A stretch of 64,000 nt of DNA from Eledone cirrhosa (Eukaryota): NCBI GenBank assembly GCA_964016885.1, contig OZ024743.1, forward strand, positions 29,388,001 through 29,452,000. Direction: 5' to 3'. Numbering within the stretch: the first letter of the stretch is position 1; each line of letters begins with the position of its first letter. A program made the translations under genes and the position numbers. Below the pieces are notes generated by a model. It worked only from the letters and a program-made list of their open reading frames with translations, did no database searches and was not told where the DNA came from. Below are positions 56,001-64,000 of this stretch, piece after piece.

Positions 56001-58592
56001 AGCTGGGCCCGCGTGACAGAAGCCAAGAGTGGGATTAAATCCACCATTCGGTCTTTGCGAGACCAGGATGGACGGGTGATCCTTGAACCTGAGCGGATGT
56101 GCGAGGCCTTTCAAAGACACTTTGCTCGACTGTTCGGAGGGGGCGGGGGCCCGGACGGGGATGTGGACTTCGGTCCATACCTCGACGGTCTACCGCGTCT
56201 TTCGAGCGGCGAAGCAGAGTGATGCGAAAGGCCAATCAAAGCCACAGAAATCGGGGAAGAGCTCAGCCAATGCAGCAGACGCAAATCTCGGGGTCTCGAT
56301 GGTCTCCCATACGAACTTTATTTAGCTATGCCGGTCTTGTTCTCCGAACTCCTCGAGGCTGTCTATTGCAACTGGCAACAGAACGGGAGAATTCCCTGTT
56401 CTGTGACCAAGGGCGTGGTCACGCTAGTGAGGAAAGACGAGAGCAAGGGGGACGATTAAGTAACTTTAGGCCCATAACTCTGCTGAATGCAGAGTTACAG
56501 ATTTTGGCCAAGGTGTTGGAGAAGAGGTTGGCGCTTGTGGTGGGTGGTTTGGTGGGAGACGCACAGACATGCGCTATCCCGTCCAGGTCCATTCACGACA
56601 ACCTCCACCTCATGCGATACATCATAGAGAGGTTTGGCAACGAACCCGGCTTTGGTGGGGCCCTGATCAACTTGGATCAATCTAAGGCGTTCGATAGGGT
56701 CGACCATGGTTACCTGGATGGGGTGCTAGCGGCGGCGGGCTTCGGACCCGTTTTCAGGGGCTGGATTTCTGCCATGCACAGTGGCAACATCTACTCTAGG
56801 ATTAAAGTAAACGGCTACCTCTCGGAGCCGTTTCAAATCACCCGGTCCATCAGACAGGGGTGCCCCCTCTCCTCCCTTCTGTACGTATTGACACTCGAGC
56901 CACTGCTGCGGAAGTTGGAGTTGCTGCGGGGCATACCCCTGGAACCGGGATTGCACAAAGCGGTCTCGGCCTATGCCGACGACGTAACAGTAATGGTGGC
57001 GGACGCCTCGGAAATCGGGGCGATCGCCACCCTACTGGAGGAATACGAAAGGCTGACGGGGGCTAGGCTGAACCGGGACAAGTCAGTCGGTTTATAACTC
57101 GGAACGTGGAGGGGCAAACCGATGCCGTTAGACGGTGTCGTCGGGCGGTGGACGGAGGGCCCAGTGAAGCTGCTCGGGGTCTGGTTCGGAGCTCCAGGTG
57201 GAGAAGAATTGGGGCGAGGTAACGAGCAGGGTGTTTGCGCTGACCCAGAAGTGGGCCAAGTGCAAACTATCACTGAAAGGTCGGGCGGAGGTGACGAACG
57301 CTTACATAGCGTCCGTCATCTATTACCGCCTGACCGTCGTGCCTTGCCCCAAGGAAAAGCTCACCATCATGGAACGCATGCTCTTCCAGTTCCTCTGGAA
57401 GAAGCGGCCTCCCATGGTGAACAGATCCATCTGCTGCCAGCACCCTTCGAAAGGAGGGCTGGGTATGCCGTGGCTGTTGATGCGTAGGCACGCATTGAGG
57501 CTACGGCATCTACAGGTATTCCTCACCGGTGAGCCGGTGTGGGCCCCGTTTGTGAGGCGAGCCTTCCCACAGCTCGTCTCGCTCACCGAGCTGCAATCCT
57601 GGGTGAAGCAAAGACCGAGAAAACTGGGCAACTGGCACACCGAGTGTGCCCAGGCACTCACGGCTCTCTGGCAAGCGGACTCGACTGTCAGTGGAGAATC
57701 CACCTCGACATTCTATAGAGGGCTGGTGGCTAGCAGGGGCGACGACACCCTTTGAGAGTCGCTAGGCATGGAGGAGGACGAACTGGCCAGCCTGTTCGGT
57801 AGAACTTTCGGCCCGGGACCCATGGACAACTTCCAGAGGTCCCTAGCCTGGCAGTGTTACCGGGGGGCTCTGCCCGTTCGAGAAAAGCTCTACAGACACG
57901 GGCGCCCGGGAAGGGATCCCGCGAAAAAGATCTGTCCCAGATGCGTGCGCGACGAGGAAACCGTTGCGCATACACTGGTACACTGCCCGGGCGTTGCCGA
58001 TCTGTAGGGCTATGTCAAACGACTGCTGTCACGTGTGGCGCCGATTCGATTGACCGCCGAGTCTGTGGTGAACATCAAGCCGCCTCCTCCCTTCAGAAAT
58101 GAAGCAGAGGCGGTCTTTCTGTGCGTAATAGCCATGATGAAAGAGGTTGTGTGGTGGACGCGCCTGAAAGGTCTGAGGTCGGGTGACTTTCTCTCCGGTC
58201 ATCACCTGGTTTACTTCTTCTGATACCACTTCGGAAGAAGGATCAGGATGGAGAGAGAAGTGCTTGGCCCCAGACAGTTTTATGAAAGGTGGGTGAAAGA
58301 AGCGAGAATGGCTCGTGTAAATGGGCCTTCTCTCTACATTGTTCTGTAGGTGAAGAAGTGAAGAGGAAAGGGGGAGCGCCTCCTCTCTGGGCTTGCCCCG
58401 CGAAAAGAGTTGCACACTTTTCGGGGGTATGTGCAATCCCCAACACGCCCCCTCACTTTTTATTATTATGTTATTCTCATTGTTATGCCTTTTTCTTTAC
58501 TCGCATTTATGTAAACTCCCCCCTGTGTATTTGTCCCTTTCTCTTGTGCCCTAGAGGCAAATAAATAGAAATCTATCTATCTATTTATCTAA
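53025..58592 (+). mobile_element. Tx1/L1-clade element copy B, near full length but frameshifted, (TCTA)n tail
   Basis: ORF1 about 53110-54916 (CYLCTERGH), APE 54922-55700, RT with IRQGCPLS and AYADD, C-terminal CPRC...HTLVHC, tail aaataaatagaaatctatctatcta. Confidence 0.93.
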
Positions 58593-58769
58593 GAAATATA
58601 CCTAACTATACAAATATATATATACATAAAGCATCATACATGCATTATGATGCAATTTTCTAATGGCTGTATAATTTTCTTCAAGTGTAAAAACGTCCAA
58701 AAGAAATTAAGAAAGAGTAACTAACAAATGGAGAGCGTGGTCTATATACAGAAGTGTTTTTCTCTTTCT

Positions 58770-58970
58770 TATTCCTGACAAGGTAGTTGGGATAGACTCC
58801 TCAAACACTCATTCCGGTAGGTCAGGTCCTGTCAGAAGCAACCGACTCCAACTGATCCTGCTGGATCCCCAAGTAAGACCAGCCAGATATTATCCAACCA
58901 TCTAACTTGTGTCTAACCCTGGGTTTCCTCCCAGTTGGTTTTGCCCGTAACATCTATCCGGCGATTTTTC
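58770..58970 (-). mobile_element. RTE 3' fragment
   Basis: Reverse strand gives AKPTGRKPRVR...GWSYLGIQQDQLESVASDR, resembling RTE PTGRRPRGRPR...LGIP..EL..VA.DR. Confidence 0.55.
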
Positions 58971-59329
58971 ATGAGACATTCTAACCACATTAGGTAAACA
59001 CAGGGAAGATAATTTCATAGGTGATTAACGAAAGACATGAAATTAATCTTTAAGAAAAGTAAGGGAATTAACGCCTGGAGAATCAGCATATAAATATCTA
59101 AGGCAGAATGGAAGGGATTAAAAGAAGGAAATTGTGTAAAGAATTCCTCCAAAATAATCGTAGTGGCGTCTGCCCTTGTTCAGGGGAGTCCCTGTGGAAA
59201 TAATCTGTAGATATTAGTGGTCACTCCGTTGACCCTGAGGTACCCAGAGTTGCCATCCTTGTGTGGGTAAAATTTTCGAGTTCCTAACTTTAAATTTGCA
59301 TACATGGCAGCAGTGATAATATACCCCAG

Positions 59330-59930
59330 CCCTCATGTTAAGGCTGTGTAGCTTTTAAAGTGTAATTCATCTCTCTGCAGTATACAAGTGGTGCGTATTT
59401 GAGACATTTGAATACTGCCGGGATCGTTCCAGGATCTATTATTTGTTACAGGGAGAAATACGTGCCGCTGTCATTGAAACCCCAAATATGACTAGTGAGA
59501 TTAGGGTTAGATCTTTTGTTCAGATACCTGAAGGTCATCTCGAGGTTTAGGAAGCAGACTCTAAATCTGACTTCCGATACTCCCATGTAGGACTTGACCA
59601 TTTGCTGCTAGATTGGTCGCATGGAGGTGACCTTAGCCTTGTATATCTCGGAGGCCACATTATGTCCTCGGTCTAGAGGGCGTGTAACAATATTCGTGCA
59701 TGAGAAATCTGGTTCGTAGGATCTCATTGGTTTACTAATAATATAAAATCAAGGGTTTCTGACACAAGAGTAGCCTATTTTAACCGCATGTTTACTAAAA
59801 TCCTTTTTAGATTTATGAGCTACAGAGAAATGCTTATCTATAAGTAAGATGTGAGAGTTAATCGTGGAAGTAAATTTGTTCTTTAAAGGCAATATTGGCC
59901 ATAGTTTTATAGCAGTAGGGGCTGCTCTAT
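59330..59930 (-). mobile_element. Decayed Penelope-like element (linker plus GIY-YIG)
   Basis: Hand translation: LIDKHFSVAHKSKKDFSKHAVKIGYSCVRN and EIYKAKVT...KSYMGVSEVRFRV.FLNLEMTFR...LTSHIW. Confidence 0.7.
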
Positions 59931-60149
59931 CAAATATATCCTTTATCTTTATTTAAAAAATGACGCTTAATAATTCTGAGATTCTCATCCTTATGGGTGA
60001 CATGGGATTCTGTATCTAAGCTACTTATTGGGTGTATGATAAGGTGTATATTTATGTGAGGACTAGAATAATGGAAATACAACCCGAAATATATATTGTT
60101 TACATTTCCTTTCTTATGTATGTATTTATGTACATACATACATATATAA

Positions 60150-60745
60150 ATGGAATAGAATGAAACGAAATTTCATTTCTCACTCTTATTACGGGACTTA
60201 CTTAAATGTAAGTATGTATGTATATGTACATACATATATGTATACATACGTACAGTAGTATGTATATATATACATACATGCACACATATATATATATGCA
60301 CGTATCGGTTTACCAACATTTATTATTATGCTCGGTTTGTTTGTTTGTAAACAAACAAACAGCCCGGATTACGCCGTACAGTGTTTAGGCAACCACGTCA
60401 CCTTTTTGTTCAACACTGACACAGGAACGATGTACTAGTTTCAAGCTTCTTAGCTATCGTCAGCATCGTATATCTTCCTGCTAGATGGTTGAACGTCTGA
60501 AAGTATATACTTCCCTTATGCATATTAACAGCTGAGCAGCCTAATTTGCATATCGAGTGAGTTCAGTTGGCCGGGCGCACCGAAAACGATAAATGGAATA
60601 GAATGAAACGAAATTTCATTTCTCACTCTTAGTACGGCACTTACTTAAATGTAAGTACGTATACGTACATACACATATGTATACAGACGTACAGTAGTAT
60701 GTATATATATATATACATACATGCACACATATATATATATATATA
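60150..60745 (-). repeat. pLTR or retrozyme-like non-coding unit with a 443-bp-spaced direct repeat
   Basis: tggaatagaatgaaacgaaatttcatttctcactctta at 60151 and 60594; HHR between them; lies 3' of the PLE ORF. Confidence 0.8.
60427..60469 (-). ncRNA. Minimal type I hammerhead ribozyme motif, family 4
   Basis: Reverse complement: acgatg CTGACGA t-agct-aaga-agct-t GAAA ctag TA catcgt; stem I can extend by cagga/tcctg across a bulge. Confidence 0.87.
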
Positions 60746-62435
60746 TGCGTTTCCGGAAAGACGAGGCTCTGGTGTTAATGTGCTCCTTGATCCGGATGTG
60801 TAGCGTCCGTATTGTGCTACTTATATAGTAGTGGTTGCAATTGTTACATTCTATCTTATACACGAAGTATGTGCGTAGGCAACAGTTCGTATGGCGCATC
60901 AGGCAGTTTATGAGGGAGCACGCGTCAGTTGATTTCCCGGGTTTCTTGGAGAGGCATCTTCGCAGGGAGGAACCCAAGTGGGCCAGGTGGATGCCGAGAC
61001 CCTCCCTCCGTATAGCCTTGAGGATAGCGTTGGTCGTATACTCGCCCAGGTGTGGTATTTTAAGGAAGCACTTGCCTTGGGTGTCTCTCTGCCTCTTGTG
61101 TCTGGTGTTTCTTATTCTGTTTGTCAGTGAGGCATGGTACCCGTTCATCTCCAGCACTTCGAGGAATCGCTTGGTATGAGTGACACCACTCGCGGGATCG
61201 CTGCATCTGTTTTTAATTCGCGTGATCTCGTTCGTGATGTATCCTGATTTAGCACTGTTAGGGAGGGCGGACTTGTAGTGGACGAACAGGTCCCTGCAGG
61301 CTGCCTTTCAGTAGAAGTTACAGTGGATCCCTCCCTGTTCCGTGATGTTGATTCGGAAGTCGAGGAGGGCAAGTGACCCGTCGTCGCTGGGGTGTTCAAC
61401 ACTGAAATCAATGTTCCCGTCCGTGTTGTTTAACGTCTCATAGATTCTGTTCGCCATGTCTTGGGAAGATGTGAGGATGAGGATATCGTCCACGTACCTC
61501 GAGAAAAAGGCGACGGCGTTGGGCTGGCAGGCGTTGAATGCCTTGCGCTCGAGGCTGTCCATGTATGAGATCGCTAGCACACCCGACAGGCTTGCGCCCA
61601 TGGGCAGACCGGAGATTTGCTGGTATGTTTGGTCAAGGAATCCGAAGTAGGTGTTGTCAACGACGATGGATATGAGTTGGTGGATGTCAGCGGTGGTGAG
61701 CCTGAAGCAGTGTAGGTCGGTGGATTGGACGCGTTCCATCAATATATTAACGGCCGGGAGTGCCGAGGTTGATGTGTAGAGAACGACTACATCAAGGCTG
61801 AATGCATATCTGTTAGCCTTTCTGGTGTCGGGATCCATTTGATGCAGGCGCTCCAACACCTCCTCGGAGCTGTTTACGTGTCCCGGCAAGGTGTCTAGGA
61901 TGGGTTTGAGTATTCTGGCTAGGAGCCATGAAATTTTGTAGAGCTGTCCTTTTCGATACGATGGGCCTGATCTTCAGGTCGGGTCCCTGTTTGTGTGTTT
62001 TCACGAGGTGGTAGAAGGCGGATAGTCTGCTGTTCCTCGTGAGGAGGTTGTATCTCAGCTTCTTCGGGAGCTTCTGCCGGTCGCAGATGTTGGTCCAGGC
62101 GGCTTTGATGTGCTCCTCTATCTGCGCGGGAGTAATTCCCGTGACCTTGGAGTAGAGGTTGTCATCGTCAAGGTGTTGGAGGACCAGGGTGTTGTAGGCC
62201 TCTCTGCTGATGACCCAGAATTCCTTTCCCTTGTCGGAGGGGAGGTAGATGAGGTTCTTCGATTTCAGGTTGGAGAGAGTGGTGAGTTGAGATTTGGTGA
62301 GTTTGTGTGTTGTGCGTGTGTGAGTGTGTTTGTGAAGTATATCCGAGATGGAGTGTTTTAGCCTGATAAGTTTAGTGTCGAGTTCGTGGTTGGTGGGTGG
62401 GGGGTGGAGTGGGTTGTCGGGGTGAAAGTGGGGAA
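60746..62435 (-). mobile_element. Penelope-like element RT plus GIY-YIG (possibly Naiad-type), disrupted
   Basis: PSDKGKEFW, KTHKQGPDLKIRPIVS, FSLDVVVLYTS, QISGLPMGASLSG, RYVDD, LALLDF, LFVHYKSALP, VYKIECNNCNHYYISSTIRTLHIRIKEH. Confidence 0.92.
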
Positions 62436-62457
62436 ATTATATTTATATATATTGTAT

Positions 62458-62492
<35 letters not shown>

Positions 62493-62533
62493 CGATATTA
62501 AATAAATGGAAATTATATTTATAAAACCATATG

Positions 62534-62599
62534 TATTTCATTATATATATTTCAGGGATATCATATTAACAATATGCTATGCCTTCCTCAGACAAAATA
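62534..62599 (-). ncRNA. Type I hammerhead ribozyme motif, family 1, dispersed copy
   Basis: Reverse complement: tattttgt CTGAGGA aggcatagcatattgttaatatgatatccct GAAA tatata TA atgaaata; core intact (position 7 is variable) and stem II closed by an A-U pair. Confidence 0.8.
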
Positions 62600-62686
62600 C
62601 AATATAGACAGTTTTATAGATAAATAGATTTGACATACCGTTCTAAATATTTACTAGTTGTAACCCAACAATTTAAATATAACTTT

Positions 62687-62760
<74 letters not shown>

Positions 62761-63384
62761 TGAGAGAGTGAGAGAGAGTGGGAGAGAGAGAGAGAGAGAG
62801 AAGGATATATATATATAGTGTGTGTGTATGGGAGGGGGTGTTTTGTGTGTGTGAGCGAGAGCGTGACAGAGAGAAGTCTTAAGTATGATCTGGCTCTGAT
62901 GAAGAAGGCCAGTCTTAAGATATAATCTTTACTATGATGGAAAGGTGAGTTTGCAGGTGAAATCCTCTGTGATAGTGAAGCGTAGCATTTATAGCATTCG
63001 CGATGACTTTAGTTATGTAATGTTCAGCTTAATATGGTTGGGGTGAAATAATGTGATGACATGTGCGATGATTCTGTCGATTTACTTATGAATGTGACGA
63101 ATAGTATTTCTTTTGAACATGCTATCCAGGTCTCTGTGAAAGGGGTCAATGAAGAGTTTGCAAGATTTGTCTAGATTGCATGTGCCGTAAATACATTACA
63201 CCCAATTGATTTTAGTAGTAAATCGCCCTAAATAATATTTGTCTTGTTTAGCACAGCGTTTATACGATAAGTTTTAAATTCCTTTATTTTATCTGAAATG
63301 CACAACACAAATGCATATACCAGGGATTGTTTAAGGAATGCTTATTCAAAGGCAACGTATATAGATATGTATAACAATCAATAA

Positions 63385-63695
63385 TAAAGAACATCACGAA
63401 CGACATCACGCGGGTCAAAAATAGATGCAGCGATCCCGTGACTGGTGTCGCACATACCAAGCGGTTCCACAGGGTGCTGGAGACGAATGGATAGCCAACA
63501 TTATTTACAAGCAGAGTAAGGGACACCAGACGCAAAATGCAAAGAAAAACCCAAGGCAAGTGCTTCCTTAAGATCCCGCACCTGGGCGAGAAAACCACCA
63601 ACGCTATGCGCAGGGCTATACGGAGGTAGGGCCTCGACATCCACTTAGCCCACTCGGGGCCATCCCTACAGAGATACCTCTCGAGGAAACCGATT
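63385..63695 (+). mobile_element. Second fragment of the same PLE family, inverted relative to 60940-61245
   Basis: ITNDITRVKNRCSDPVTGVAHTKRF...QGKCFLKIPHLGEKTTNAMRRAIRR*GLDIHLAH aligns to the minus-strand copy. Confidence 0.85.
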
Positions 63696-64000
63696 TAGTG
63701 ATTCTGTCAGTAGATTAAGACATGAATGTTAATATTCGTTATTCGTTTACGTTTTGCGGAAATCCATACCGAGTTTATATGCTGGTAGGCATAACCTGTT
63801 CCATTTACACCAACCAAATCACAATATCACATAAGAGACAAGGGCAAAGCCTATGGTGACATGACTTCAGATACTATCATTAAGAAACCTGTTGCTTTAA
63901 ACAATTATATCTTATCAGTGCAATTGTAGCTGTTTGATAATTGTTAATGGTTGCAAATTAGCAATGTAAACCAACACGAATTTGTTCATATTTTCTCATA

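Noticed and set aside
61308-61310. In-frame TGA in the PLE ORF as a selenocysteine codon, as reported for some Naiad PLEs
   Set aside because: It falls at the Arg of the usual FYRK motif, so a CGA-to-TGA mutation is simpler. Cys positions use normal codons and I saw no SECIS.
62880-63280. Possible further PLE linker remnant (RFTITEDFTCK on the minus strand)
   Set aside because: Too short and degraded to call with confidence.

Overview
AT-rich, repeat-saturated animal genomic DNA. The SINE families and microsatellite load suggest a cephalopod such as Octopus (inference). I see no convincing host protein-coding gene, rRNA, true tRNA or CRISPR array. Nearly all long ORFs in the track (IYIYIY, CVCV, HTHT, SLSL) are microsatellite artefacts. 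The real coding content is retrotransposon-derived: a 5'-truncated but uninterrupted CR1-group LINE ORF2 (1.6-4.0 kb), RTE/BovB fragments, three Tx1/L1-clade copies (an internally deleted one at 11.8-14.7 kb and a head-to-tail pair at 49.0-58.6 kb), several Penelope-like elements (PLEs; RT plus GIY-YIG), and R4/Dong-like and CRE-like 3' ends. There are also many tRNA-derived SINEs, a Helitron-like end and MITE-like elements. The most notable signal is at least four sequence-distinct families of type I hammerhead ribozyme (HHR) motifs, folded by hand. Each has the core CUGANGA...GAAA...UH and a palindromic or palindrome-containing stem III. They sit in non-coding, (TA)n-flanked units arranged as tandem and fold-back repeats. 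One family forms a 523-bp tandem with two intact cores, resembling a non-LTR retrozyme that could release a unit-length, possibly circular, RNA mobilised by PLEs. No ribozyme activity has been tested, and family names come from remembered motifs, not database searches.
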